A DNA stretch of 64,000 bases from Mizuhopecten yessoensis (GCF_002113885.1 NW_018408906.1:395033-459032); one strand, 5' to 3'. Counted from the first letter of the stretch, positions 13,701 to 28,000 are shown. A program made the numbers and translations. The notes: generated by a model not told the origin, from the letters alone.

Positions 13701-16490
13701 GTCATGCTTGCATGTACATATCTGTGAGGGTGCATGCTAACATGTACATATCTGTGAGGGTGCATGCTTGCATGTACATGTCTGTGAGGGTACATGCTAA
13801 CATGTCCATATCTGTGAGGGTACATGCTTGCATGTTCATATCTGTGAGGGTACATGCTAACATTTATATATCTGTGAGGGTACATGCTTGCATGTACATA
13901 TCTGTGAGGGTTCCTGCATGCATGTACATGTCTGTGAGGGTAGATGCTTGCATGTACATATCTGTGAGGGTACATGCTAACATGTACATATCTGTGAGGT
14001 TACATGGTAACATGTATATATCTGTGAGGGTACATGCTTGCATATACATATCTGTGAGGGTTATGCTTGTATGTACATATCTGTGAGGGTACATGCTTAC
14101 ATGTATATATTTGTGAGGGTACATGCTAACATGTATATATCTGTGAGGGTACATGCTTGCATGTACATGTCTGTGAGGGTACATGCTTACATGTCCATAT
14201 ATTGAGGGTACATGCTTACATGTACATATCTGTGAGGGTTATGCTTACATGTACATATCTGTGAGGGTACATGCTAACATATACATAACTGTGAGGATCA
14301 TGCTAACATGTATATATCTGTGAGGGTACATGCTAACATGTACATATCTGTGAGGGTGCATGCTAACATGTACATATCTGTGAGGGTACATGCTAACATG
14401 TACATTTCTGTGAGGGTGCATGCTAACATGTACATATATGTGAGGGTACATGCTTGCATGTATATATCTGTGAGGGTACATGCTTGCATGTATATATCTG
14501 TGAGGGTACATGCTTGCATGCAGATGTCTGTGAGGGTACATGCTTGCATGTGCATATATGGAAGGTACATGCTTGCATGTACATATCTGTGAGGGTACAT
14601 GCTAACATGTACATATATGTGAAGGTTTAGCTTACATGTACATATATGTGAAGGTTCATGCTTACATGTGCATATATGTGAAGGTTCATGCTTGCATGAA
14701 CATATCTATGAGGGTACATGCTTGCATGTACATGTCTGTGAGGGTACATGCTAACATGTACATATTTGTGAGGGTTCATGCTTACATGTGCATATATGTG
14801 AGGGTACATGCTTGCATGTGCATATATGTGAGGGTACATGCTTGCATGTGCATATCTGTTAGGGTAGATGCTTGCATGTGCACATATGTGAAGTTACATG
14901 TTTGCATGTACATATCTGTGAGGGTTCATGTTTACATGTGCATATATGTAAGGAAACATGCTAACATGTACATATCTGTGAGGATTCATACTTACATGTA
15001 CATATATGTGAGGATTCATGCTTGCATGTGCATATATGTGAGGGTACATGCTTGCATGTGCATATCTGTTAGGGTAGATGCTTGCATGTGCACATATGTG
15101 AAGTTACATGTTTGCATGTACATATCTGTGAGGGTTCATGTTTACATGTGCATATATGTAAGGAAACATGCTAACATGTACATATCTGTGAGGATTCATA
15201 CTTACATGTACATATATGTGAGGATTCATGCTTACATGTGCATATATGTGAGGGTACATGCTTGCATGTGCACATATGCGAGGGTACATGTTTGCATGTA
15301 CATATCTGTGAGGGTTCATGCTTACATGTGGATATATGTAAGGAAACATGCTAACATGTACATATCTGTGAGGGTACATGCTTACATGAACATATTCGTG
15401 AGGGCACATGCTTACATGTACATATCTGTGAGGGTTCATGCTAACATGAACATATCTGTGAGGGTACATGCTTGCATGTGCACATATGCGAGGGTTCATG
15501 TTTGCATGTAGTACATATCTGTGAGGGTTCATGCTTACATGTGCATATATGTAAGGAAACATGCTAACATGTACATATCTGTAAGGGCACATGCTTACAT
15601 GTACATATATGTGAGGGTAGATGCTTACATGTACATATCTGTGAGGGTACATGCTTACATGTACATATCTGAGGGTACATGCTTACATGTACATATCTGT
15701 GAGGGTCATGCTTACATGTACATATCTGTGAGGGTACATGCTTACATGTACATATATGTGAGGGTAGATGCTTGCATGTACATATCTGTGAGGGTTATGC
15801 TTGCATGTACATATCTGTTAGGGTACATGCTAACATGTACATATATGTGAGGGTACATGCTAACATGTACAAATATGTGAGGGTACATGCTAACATGTGC
15901 ATCTATGTGAAGGTTTAGCTTACATGTACATATATGTGAAGGTTCATGCTTACTTGTTCATCTATGTGAAGGTTTATGCTTACATGTGCATATATGTGAA
16001 GGTTCATGCTTACATGTGCATCTATGTGAAGGTTCATGCTTATATGTGCATATGTGTGAGGGTTCATGCTTACATGTGCATATGTGTGAGGGTTCGTGCT
16101 TACATGTGCATATGTGTGAGCGTTCGTGCTTACATGTGCATATGTGTGAGGGTTCATGCTTACATGTGCATATATGTGAAGGTTCATGCTTACATGTGCA
16201 TCTATGTGAAGGTTTAGCTTACATGTACAAATATGTGAGGGTACATGCTAACATGTACATATATGTGAAGGTTCATGCTTACATGTGCATATATGTGAAG
16301 GTTCATGCTTACATGTGCATCTATGTGAAGGTTCATGCTTACACGTGCATATATGTGAAGGTTCATGCTTACATGTACATGTGTGTGAGGGTTCATGCTT
16401 ACATGTGCATATGTGTGAGGGTTCATGCTTACATGTGCATCTATGTGAAGGTTCATGCTTACATGTGCATATATGTGAGGGTTCATGCTT
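10776..16490. repeat. 30-bp tandem satellite (TCTGTGAGGGTACATGCTAACATGTACATA), ~190 units with higher-order blocks
   Basis: Directly visible. Identical blocks recur at offsets 1189 (11868/13057) and 981 (12731/13712). Confidence 0.97.
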
Positions 16491-17673
16491 GTTATAAACA
16501 TTGCATCACCCTGTTATACACAACATGGTAATTATGAACACCGACATTAACAACCTGGTCATCCAGAGACATATACGCATACTACTGGTTTTATAAGTCT
16601 CTGGGAGATCTTTTGTTGCAGAAATAACTTTACTGAGCTAATGTTTGTACGTTTTTCATATAGGATGTTTAATGTTCTTGTAACTTAAATCTTGATATTA
16701 AATTTAACAGTCACCCTTGCCCAGTTCATGTCTTAACTGAAGGTACCTGTAGGTTTCAAGACATAATTGCTGTAAGTGCTAATATATTATTATATAATTG
16801 TATAGGAGAAGAAATGGTCAGCCATAAACAGGCGACCGATCAGAATTTTTAGCCTGCGATTACGGTCAGTTTTTGCAGACTAGGAAGGGGATAACAGCCG
16901 TTTTAAAGTTAAGGTATTTCATACACCGTCGATCATGTCAGTGTATATATTTTGTAATGGGCTCATAACTTTCCTCGAAATGAATAAAGTATGGAAGTCA
17001 CTTCATATACTCATGTCAAGAATAATGTCAATAATTACCTTCGCAGAAATGATTTGCCGAAAATATTGTTGATTTTGTCTGAAAAGTACTTTTTGATGCG
17101 GAATTTGAATGGCGCAAAATTGCAATGCATAATGAAATTAATGAAAAACTTACCTGTACATGCATTCCTGAAGTATCCATTTAGTGACTATTGCCGAGAA
17201 AAGTGTGAGAAAATGCTTCAAATCTCGAGAATGATGACATGTATTTTGGTTGGATATTTTACAATAACGCATAAAGCTAACAAGCCTTTTGATACAAGTC
17301 AAGCCATATTACCTGAGTGAAAACCTGTAGTGAATGGTGTACAGGTAAAATCTCACGTGCTTTGCATGCTTTTTTCCAACCTCAGTCAGCTTTGTTCGCT
17401 AATTTGTGCTCAGTTGTGATTTATTCAGGGGAAATATATGCCATTATTCTGGAGATTTTTCTCGACAAATGCATCTCCATGGACATCCAACCTTATGATA
17501 TTTACAAGTTTAAATGGATTTTTTGCTAAATTGTGACTTTTATTCAGCTTGGAAAATGAACATAAAAAGTGAGTTTTTCATCAGTTATTGAATATTTTTT
17601 CTGAAATTTAGTGTGCATGTTGGAGGAGGATTTTTTTGTAACAGGGATTTTTTAATGCTAACAGAATGCATTA

Positions 17674-18981
17674 TTAGCTCACCTGCCCGAAGGGCAAGTG
17701 AGCTTATGTCATGGTGCGTCGTCCGTCGTCTGTCGTCCGTCCGTCCGTCTGTCTGTCCGTCGTCCGTCCGTCCTCGTCCGTCAACTTTTCCTTTAAACAA
17801 CTTCTTCTGAAGAACGGACAGGCCTAGATCCATGATATTTGGCTGAAAGCTTCGTTGGTAGGAGCCCTACAAAGCTTGAGAATGAAAATGACCTTGACCT
17901 GTTTTCAAGGTCACAGGGGTCAAATATGTCAAAAACTTCAAACGACTTCTTCTGAAGAACTAAAAGGTATAGAATCTTCATATTTGGCTGATGGCTTCCT
18001 GGGATAGAGCCCAACAAAGTTTGAGAATGAAAATGACCTTGACCTACTTTCAAGGTCACAGGGGTCAAATGTGTCAAACACTTCAAACGACTTCTGCTGA
18101 AGAACTGAAAGGTATAGAATCTTTATATTTGGCTGGTGGCTTCCTTGGATAGAGCCTGACAAAGTTTCAGAATGAAAATGACCTTGACCTTCTTTCAAGG
18201 TTGCAGGAGTCAAATGTGTCAGACACTTCAAACGACTTCTTCTGAAGAACTGAAAGGTATATAATCTCTATATTTGGCTTGTAGCTTCCTAGGAAAGAGC
18301 CGAACAAAGTTTGAGAATGAAAATGACCTTGACCTTCTTTTAAGGTCACATGAGGCAGATATGTCAAACACTTTAAACGACTTCTTCTGAAGAACTGGTA
18401 GTTATAAAATCTTAATATTTGGCAGGTGGCTTCCTGGGAAAGAGCCAAACAAAGTTTGCGAATGAAAATGACCTTGACCTACTTTCAAGGTCACAGCGTT
18501 CAAATATGTCAAACAGTTCAAACAGCTTCTTCTGAAGAATTAAAAGGCATAAAATTATAATATTTGGCTGGTGACTTCCCGGGATAGAGCTCACCAAAGT
18601 TTGCAAATGAAAATGACCTCAACCTACTTTAGAGGTCACAGAGGTCAACAACATTTTAATGGATTTGTTCTTGAGAACTAAAAGGAATGGATTCATAAGA
18701 TTTGGCTGGTAGCTTTTTGGAATAGAGCTAACCAATTTGAGAAGGAAAATGACATTGACCTACTTACAAGATCACAGGGAAAAATATGTCAAGCAACTTC
18801 TGAAGAAGAATCAAAAAGCATAGAATCTTATAATATTATTTTGCTGGTAGTTTCAACAGATGGAGCCAACAAAGTTTGTGAGGGAAATATTTTTAGTGCA
18901 ATATAATATTTAATGAGAATATTTTGCTATGACTGCTTAAATATTCAGGTGAGCGATACAGGCCCTCTTGGGCCTCTTGTT
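17674..18981 (+). mobile_element. Non-autonomous Helentron/HINE (DINE-1/pearl-type) element with internal 145-bp tandem repeats
   Basis: 5' TTAGCTCACCTG plus hairpin, a (CCGT)n microsatellite, ~7 core units of period 145, 3' CAGGTGAGCG and terminal hairpin AGGCCCTCTTGGGCCT, with TT termini. Confidence 0.85.
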
Positions 18982-19608
18982 GAATTTGATATACCGTTAG
19001 GTGTGGCAGCCATATTGGAATGACCTTAAATTAGGACAAATCTGGGTCGTAGCAGAGACGTATATAACATAATATATATATATATACGTCTCTGGTTGTG
19101 GGTTTCCCAGGTGGGCCGAACCTAGAGACAAATTCCAAATATGTTGATTGAATGATTGATTTATGGGGCTTTATGTCCTTGTTCCAGAAATTACCAAGCC
19201 TAGGACAAGTAGCATGCATTCGTCACACAGGGTTCTCAATTAACCAGTTAAAGAAACGTGTTATGCCCAAGGGTCTAAGTCGCTATATAGGCGGAAGCTG
19301 ACCCCCGATGGCTATCGGATCCTGGTAGCATACATATGTCAAGTACTATATCTCCGTACATGTATTTGTCTGTTCATGTCCAGCAATTGTATATATACTA
19401 CATACAAAAAAAGTGTATATCGTTAGAAGGTGGGGATCTCAACTGTGTTCGGTTTTTAAAACAGCTATATGGGCCAAACCCACGGGACGGTGTGTCAGCT
19501 AGATCCCGGGATCGATTATTGACCAAGGGACTACATGTAATTATATATATAAGTCTCCAGCGGTAGGGTCGCACACTGGAGCCAATTTTAATCCTAGTAG
19601 AATGTGTG

Positions 19609-19757
19609 TGTAACAGGAAAGAGAATAATGTGCTTCCACCGGGGATCGAACCCGTGACCCCAGACATCCTAGTCGGACGATCTACCATGCCATTGTGCTA
19701 GCTAAAGGGAAATTCCCTCTAGCGCGAAACTTGAAGGCGACCCTAATCATATGTACA
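19609..19757 (-). mobile_element. Further (truncated) LTR of the tRNA-containing TRIM family
   Basis: TGTAACAGGAAAGAGAATAATGTGCTTCCACCGGGGATCGAACCCG...GCTAAAGGGAAATTCCCTCTAGC matches 40865 and 41062. Confidence 0.65.
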
Positions 19758-20654
19758 GTCTAAGCTAAAGTCTAAGCTAAAGTCCCCAAGGGCGTATTAG
19801 ACCATGTAAGAGGACAGTCCTAGTATGACATCAGTATTCATTTCTTTATACTCGGCAATTGCCTTAAAGAGCAAAGTGTGGGGATCTGAAGTTATATAAT
19901 CATAACCTCTTTTTGGCCCCGCCCTCAACTTTGAAGAACCATCTCCTCCAGTTGTACAATTTTGAATCCCCACATCCTAGAAATAAGGTTGCTATCTATC
20001 TCATACAGTTAGTTCCAGAGGAGAAGTCGTTTGAAGCAATATATAGCCAAATGGCCTCTTTTTGGCCCCACCTTCATCCCAGGCATCATTATCTCCATAA
20101 TTTACCCCTATCAACTATAAAAAAATGCTTCCAACCAAATATCCCTGATATTCATATTATTGGTGCAGAAGATATGTGCCCCCCCCCCCCCCCCCCCATT
20201 TTTCTCAAAAATATTCTTCTTTCCATTTTATTTGACATGTTTACATATACGTATGGTCTGGTAATATTTGATTAAATATACAAACAGATACCTAGTTATT
20301 TGTCAATGTTTTTTTCTCTCTTGAATTTTGGATCTGCTATGTAACATTCAAGGGATTTCCATAATTATCACGAAGTTAATTAATGTGTTTCGAAAGATGA
20401 AATAATCACACCAATTGTTATGATTCCTATAAAGACGCCAGCCCCGGACCTCTGTAGACCGACTATTGATGTCTCTAAATCAATCACTTTTACATAAAGT
20501 AGCTATCACCAATGAGCTGTCATGTCATCAAAATTATATCAAAATTTTATATCTAATACGAAACAACTTATTAGAGACCGAAATTCCACGTTTTTTTTAT
20601 AACTCAGAGCCTCTTAAATGAGGACTTGTGGAACCCTCACCGCAATTGGTTTAA

Positions 20655-20737
20655 CCCTTTCACCCCTATGTAACTTTAGTTAACCCTTCCATGCTTTGAT
20701 CTGGATGAGTCCATTATGGTCTACAATGGTGAAAGGG
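20655..20737. mobile_element. 83-bp piggyBac-like MITE (CCCTTTCA...TGAAAGGG, TTAA TSD)
   Basis: TIRs and TTAA on both sides. Same family at 47176-47258 and, reversed and partial, at 27522-27603. Confidence 0.75.
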
Positions 20738-21222
20738 TTAATGAAATGCTTGGCCTTTTCAGGTTTGTATGTTGGCGCTGTGATATGTTTTTGTTGTTGT
20801 TGTCTTTCTTTTCTAGCTGAATGTACTCAATCCAGAATACTAAAATCCAGAGAGCTGGTTAGGTCGGGGCTGTCCCAATCACCTGCTCTCTGGATTGGAA
20901 CCTGTGATAGATGGTTTTAAATCATTTTAAATTTATTACGCATTATAACTGTTTACTGTGTAACTATATACTAGAACGATGTAATTGTGATATATGACAC
21001 TATAATCATACAATTGACCTGTACAACGTTACAACCAAAACACAACAAATCATGTTTACGACACTTTTATTCAAGCAAAGCATAAACGATTATATTTGCA
21101 TTAAGAATGTATTTGCAATAGGTTTTAATTTGTCAATGCTTATAACAATATTCTATGGCAAGCCAACTTAACATTAATAACACAGAGCTCTCTAAACATT
21201 TTCTTCATGTTAGTAAGTATGG

Positions 21223-21743
21223 ATTATGAGAAAATCTTTTTACACAACCAATACATTTTTTCTATGTGACGTTTCGATGACTTGTACGATATGTACACTG
21301 CCACCTTCATAAGACAAATAACCAATGAAGCGTATGCACACAAAGGTGTAAAATGTGTACGAGTTGTCAAAAAAATCGATGTCGATTTCGGCTATGCTGG
21401 AAACGTATGTACAATAGTTGTTATATACGTACCGAAATGACTCAATTCAGCTACGCTTTGTTAACACTTGGTCGTAGATGTGCGAGAGTCTTTGAGCCCC
21501 CTCGTCTCGATTTAGAACTGGCCTACTGCGGCGTTTCCAGATGGCTTCCTTTATCTGCCGCTTGAACAGATTGCTCTCTTTGTCCAAAACTTTGGAGTTA
21601 TCCGAGTCAATCACATGGTTTTCTGTGTGGCATGGTCTGTGATTGCCGATTGTCTGAAGAAGGTGACAGTGTACATATCGTACTAGTCATCGAAATGTCA
21701 CATAGAAAATGTTATTGGTTGTGTAAAAAGAACTTCTCATAAT
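21223..21743 (-). mobile_element. Penelope-like retroelement 3' fragment: GIY-YIG C-terminus flanked by inverted pLTR segments carrying minimal hammerhead motifs
   Basis: Minus 21650-21447 translates (one frameshift) as SAITDHA..NHVIDSDNSKVLDKESNLFKRQIKEAIWKRRSRPVLNRDEGAQRLSHIYDQ. Inverted ~90 bp repeats lie at 21223-21316 and 21651-21743. Confidence 0.85.
21651..21702 (+). ncRNA. Minimal type I hammerhead ribozyme motif (Penelope-type)
   Basis: CTGAAGA-A-GGTGAC...GTCATC-GAAA-TGTC. The inverted copy at 21265-21316 retains GAAACGTC but has CTTATGA. Confidence 0.6.
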
Positions 21744-22788
21744 AACCTGAGCGATCGCAAAAGTATCACAGATATCCCTTGGAATTGAATATGTATTTAC
21801 ATGTAAATGAAATAAAAATATTGTTAAATGTAATTTACATATATTTTGAATTATATAGAGATATATTTAATATAAATTAAAGATATCTTTAAAATGATAT
21901 ACCTATTTCAGGTAGAAGAATGATTGTTTATAAGATATAGCCTTAAGTGTATCGAACATTTCTTTAGGTATTGGATATTATGTTGGCCTCCCATAAACAT
22001 GATTAGTCGGCCTGCAATGATATTTGTTTTTTCAGAAAAATATTTAAGGCTATATGTTACCTTTCCGGTATCAACTCGAGTTCTTTGTTACAGTTATCGC
22101 CCTTAGAATCGTTTTTCACGTACCATTAGCTAATCATAATTCAAAAACACCTTTACGACGTTAACGCGTGGATTTTTGTTTACACAATGTACCTTCCAGA
22201 ATGCGTAATCATTTAATCTAGTCATAACTAACAATCATCATAGGATCCACATTTTTGTGAGTGACGAACTCTTGTCAAATGGAGGTGTAACAGTAAGTCA
22301 GATGCAAGGTAGCATATATCATTAATGATACCGGCACAAATAATTGATTAAATATTAACATTGAACGAACTGAACAATAGTCTAGACTTATAACAGTTCT
22401 CTAGAACAAGTAGATATTTTATCTATTAAATTATTATGCATGCCATCTTAATAGAGTGGGAAATACATCACTACTTAATATTTTGGCATATGTGCAAAAA
22501 AAAAAAAAAAATCTAATTTGCATTAAAACATGAAAAAAACCTTCCCACACCATAATTTCCCTGTTGAGTATTGATTTTAGGCTTTTATTGATTTAAAGGA
22601 ACTGAAATGGAACTGCTTCCAATGGCCCTGAAAATGGTCACAATAAAATACTTTGTTGTTGCAAAACGGATATTGTATATTAAAAAAATTGAATTTTATA
22701 TTTTATATTCCTACACGGATAAAAAAAACTTCCCGCACCATATTCTTTTAATTGATATCGATTTTGAGATGTAACTCGTGGTAAATTG

Positions 22789-25094
22789 GGTGTCTTCCCA
22801 TTTATCCAACTTCTGAAAAAAGCTATTCCCATTTATCCAACTTTATGTTTTATGCCCTGTGGGTATGTTTGTTTAGTAGTATATTTTAATCATTAGGTGA
22901 AATAACCAAGACAAATTGTTCCATGGATAGAGGGAAAAGTATCATAGAGTGGATAAATTTATTTAATTTTAATTCATTTTGAAAGGTGAAAGTATGTATA
23001 AAATATTCATGAGAAATATGAACAGTGTTAAAGAAGCACCCAAGCCTTTTTCTACTAATTTATTCATAAATTTTGAATACTACTCACTAAGTATCCCAAG
23101 CTAGTTTTTAGCTTATAAGCACTGACCCACTGACAAAATTCATTCTTCAAGTTTGACCATGGCGAACGCACAAGTAAGAGTAGACTACATTCGACATGCT
23201 AGAGGCCACTACTTAGCTGTAAACGGCTACAGATATGTGATTAAGACCAGAAAACAGGGTAGAGATGCAGAACTAGCCTACTGGAAGTGCGCCGAGAAAG
23301 ATTGCCCAGGCACAGCCAACACCAGAGACAACATGGTAACCAGATTTCCTAGAGACCACAACCACCCGACAACTCGTGCTGACATAGATGCCAAGAAATT
23401 TCTAGCAACACTCAGAGAAAAGGCAGCCAAAACTCTGGAACCACTACCCGCATTGTACGACAGCGAGATCATCAAATTCAGAAACAGAGAATGGGACGAT
23501 CACACACACCAGGTCGTTGAACAGATACCAACTTTCGTCAGTACCAAATCAGCTATGTACCGAGAACGCAACAGTGAACTACCACCACTACCAACCACAC
23601 GTGATGCCATTAATCTCCTGGGAGAATGGCAAGAGACTACTACAGGAGCACAATTCCTACTAGCAGATGATGGTGACCACAACAAGATCCTGGTATTTGG
23701 TACTACAGACAACCTCCGCCATCTAAGTAACGCTGACATGGAACTTTTTACGCCAGTCCTGTACTTTTCACCCAGCTGTACACACTGCATGCACTCATAG
23801 ACGACGAGATGTACCCACTAATATTCGCCTTCCTACCTGACAAATGCCAGATCACCTACCAACGCCTATTCGAGATCGTTAAGACAGCAGCAGCAAACAA
23901 CAACACACCACTCAATCCAACCACTATATTCCTCGACTTCGAGTCTTCAGCCCGTAACGCAGCAGAGACAGTCTTTCCACAAGCGTCGATCAAAGGTTGT
24001 CTATTCCACTACTGCAAACGCATATGGAGAAAGGTACAGAAACTTGGACTAGCAGACCAGTACACCAACGACAACCTACTCAACCTACATATAAGACGAG
24101 CTTCAGCATTGCCACTAGTCCCCATCAACCAAGTAGATGATGTATGGTTCCACGCAATTGAAGACTACGAGACCGATGACGCAAAGATCACCAAGTTCAA
24201 CGACTACGTTACTGAGCAATGGATCGGGATGGAGACAGCAAAATGGAACCACTACTCAACAGTTGGACCCAGAACAACAAACCATTTAGAAGGATGGCAC
24301 CACAAACTCAACAACCAACTTCACAGAGCACACCCAAACCTCTACGTCATCATCGAAAAACTCAAGCACACTCAAGCAGCAAATGAGATCCGACTTATCC
24401 AGTATGCAGCTGGTGGCACTAGAAAGACAAGAAAGCTGAAATACAGAATCCTAGACTCCAGACTTCAGCGACAGAAACAACGACTCATTCAAGGGGAAGT
24501 TGACATCTACCAGTATACAGACACAGTGTCACGCCTGCTGAAACTTCAATGAACTGATATGACTCTATAATATTCGATTGATATAGTGCTTTGCTTAATT
24601 CAAATATTTTAAATATGAAATTTACTATACATTGTAACTTTTCTATCATGTAAAATGATTCATATTCCTATCATCTTATTTCTAGTGCTTTATATCAATT
24701 TATGAAATAAATATTATTTTGTATCATTTTGTATATTTAATAATTAATATGTCTGTTAATAATATATATGTCTGATATTATTTGAATAAATATATTGAAA
24801 ATAGAAATTAGTCTTATTGTGAAAGCATATATCATAACTACAGAATCAATAAAAAAACCCACACAAATAAAAACAAAATGAAGCATTCAAATCAACTTAA
24901 TAGAAATAACTTTGAATATAGATACACATTTCCAAAAGGACTTAATTTCTGTATCATATTTTTAACCCAACACTTGACCCAAGCTCCAATTAGTGTTTGT
25001 TGTTTTAACAATATACCCTATTCCCACTTATCCAACCCAAACTTTTTACCTGTAGTACCTATTTTTCAAAAAGTTGGATAAATGGGAATGAACC
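22789..25094 (+). mobile_element. Full-length Mutator-like (MULE) DNA transposon
   Basis: Imperfect TIRs GGTGTCTTCCCATTTATCCAACTT / AAGTTGGATAAATGGGAATGAACC. An 8-bp TSD GTAAATTG lies at 22781-22788 and 25095-25102, and there is an internal transposase. Confidence 0.9.
23159..24552 (+). pseudogene. FLYWCH + MULE DDE transposase, frameshifted at ~23737
   Basis: FLYWCH: YWKCAEKDCPG...HNHP. After the frameshift: GTFYASPVLFTQLYTLH...YPLIFAFLPDK...DFESSARNA...GCLFHYC...TTNHLEGWH. The D of DGTF has been removed by the deletion. Confidence 0.88.
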
Positions 25095-28000
25095 GTAAAT
25101 TGAGCCTGAAACTCTCAGACAGATTAACACTTACGCAAAATCAACACACAAATTATCATCAAGGGGATTGAAAGCTACATGAATTTTCGTATGAAATTTT
25201 AGGCAGAGTCTATATAGTATAGATCTACTGATTATGGATTATTTAGGAAGTATCATACCGTATTTATATATCTTTATTGAGTTTCAATACTGTGCACCAA
25301 AACTTTAACTGGTAGATGTTGGCATAAAATGTTCATAATAAGGAAAAATATGTATTTATTTTACTCTATTAATTATCTCTGAATGAATATTTGACCCCTC
25401 GGGAACCTCCATGCAAATATCGGCATCCTTATACAAATACTGAAGGTTGTACATGTATTTACAAACTTCAACGCTTGCACCAACACTTTAAAATTATTTA
25501 TTATTTAACTTGGAGATTTTGGTGAAAATGAGAGAAGAAAAAAAATGATTTTAGAATTTTTCCTATTTTAGTTTCACTACGTCTGCGTTGGATTCCTATG
25601 TAACCTTCGTGTCAAATATCAGCATCAATGTACCTTCGTGTCAAATATCAGCATCAATGTACCAATACCGGAGGTTATTTTAGTTAATCAGCACCGACGT
25701 GCACGCCGACACCGGGTTAAACATACAGCGAAACAATACACTTCAGTAAGTGATACCATTATACAATGACAATTTTTTTTATCACACACAACAAAAAATA
25801 CTTTGTAATTTATTTACATTTACACTACTATTTCCTCTAGAAGCATTGCCATAAGAAATTGCATTCATAGGGCTATGAACGCAATTTGATCAGCGTCAAT
25901 TTGAAGCTTCTCCTCTCGCCTCGAATAACACGAGACAACTGTTGGGAGCAAACAATTTGATGACTTTAGGCAGTTCCAGGAATCTCTTTTGCACTGACGA
26001 CATAAACACTTTATATTAGAAAAAATCAGAGAATGTCTGTATCTAGGTAAATAATACTCTACTTAAAATTTAGAATGAATAAATTAGGATTGAACGACAT
26101 TTTTTTCAATGTTCATGCAGGTATGAAATTGAAAAAATGCCGTTCAATCCTTATTCAATATTCCATTTAAACAATTACCAAAGGTATCACATTTGCTTAC
26201 TGGAATGGATACATATCAATAATCAACACATTGAAACGATGTTAAAACTTTATCATATCATACAGGAAAACAATCCATACAAAAATAAAACAATGGAAAA
26301 AGTCGCTGAAAAATCTCATTGGAAAACAATACACTACAGTAATCGATACATGAATACTGTAAGAATACATATTTTAGCGGATGCAAATTTTAGCATATTT
26401 TTATATTTTGACAGATTAACACGACAATTAAAATCATATATGCAATAGAAAGCTATGTCTATACGACAAGTACGTTAATTACACATTTTTAATTGTATTT
26501 TCTTTCTTAATAACGTTGGCTATATGTTTTCATTGTTTAGCTATTTTAAATCTTATTAAATGCTGTCATCTTGCTTAACTTCTTTCTTCTTTTGTCGTTT
26601 ACTATCCGCGATAGTTGCAGTGCTCGTACTGTCTGTTGCCCCACCTGATAAAAAATATGACGATGTCGGTCGAACCTCGGATTCGTCGAAGACCATGTAT
26701 TCCTCGAACTTTTTGACCTGGACCCTACGAGTTCGAGTAAACGGGGTTTTACTGTATATACAAAAACCTTAATTAGCGCAATCACAAATAAGCGCAATAT
26801 TTAAAGAGCTAAAACCGCTAAAATTAGAATACCACTAAAATATGTACATTTACCGTATATCCAGTAAACTGTATTTAACCTTATATCTAAATTTACGGAT
26901 ATTAATAGGATATAACACATTAGTCTTGGTTATTTTACAGTAACTGTAAATGACATAAATTTCATAAACCCACAAATTTGCAGGCGTGCTTGAGACGATT
27001 GGTTCGCAAAGATTTTTTCGCAATAATATATGCACAATGTTAGGATTTATGCTTGGTGCACACATATTTTTCGTGACCTGATGTCTCCGTAACATTGGCG
27101 AGAACATTAATATGCGTTTCGTTCAACGTGTATGCCTTAATCTGTATGTCAAATTGATTATTGACATGATTGAATTCGCGCAATCAATTCCTTAAACGAA
27201 ATTTTGCAATGATAAAAATCACGTATAACATAAGTAATATAGAGTATATATGACCAGTCATGACGATCCCAATGATGTCATGATAAAAATGAAAATTGAA
27301 AAGTCGAAAAAATATTTTGCGAAAAGCCACCGCGAAGCTGTTAATATTCGTGCGTTGCTTATATTCTCGACATTCACAGAAACAGCATTTCTACAACAAA
27401 CTATGTCCCGCATGAATAAATGACTTTGCAGTATCTTATAATCTGCTCCATATTATTACAAAAATAAGTATATTTTGAAGTATGTCATAAAATATAAGTA
27501 TAAAATAAAAACAATAATCTCTTAACACTATAGACCATAATGTTCTCATCCATATCAATGCATGGAAGAGTCTACTTTAGTTACATAGGGGTGAAAGGGT
27601 TAAGGATCTCCGTGCCACTGCTAAAGCCGTTTACAAGGCATTGCAAACCGTTTTTTCTGCATGACTTTAGTTTCGATAAATCACTTCTGAAAGAAACACC
27701 ATACCTTTCGGGACTTTGATGAAAAGTAATAAAGATAAAATAACACTAAACATCATCATCAACAGTGTTTTGAGAGTAAAAAAAAATCCCCAGAAAAAAC
27801 TGGATTTGGGCCCTGGAATTCAGATTCGTATACTATCGCTCTAACCGACAAAGCTACACGGTCAATGAACGTATCCTGGGTCAACTGGGCTACAGTAACA
27901 TCCAAAACAAAATAAAGGGGAGGTTACTATATTTACGAAAAGTCACATTGCACTGGGACAAGGATCCTTAAAATGCAATATGTATAAAATATGACATATA

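Noticed and set aside
10743-16531. Many His/Met-rich ORFs (MYPHRYVHVS repeats)
   Set aside because: They are translations of a 30-bp satellite, open on both strands, with frequent 29-bp units shifting the frame and no splice or start context.
17585-18606. ORFs in the 145-bp repeat region
   Set aside because: Non-coding HINE core repeats.
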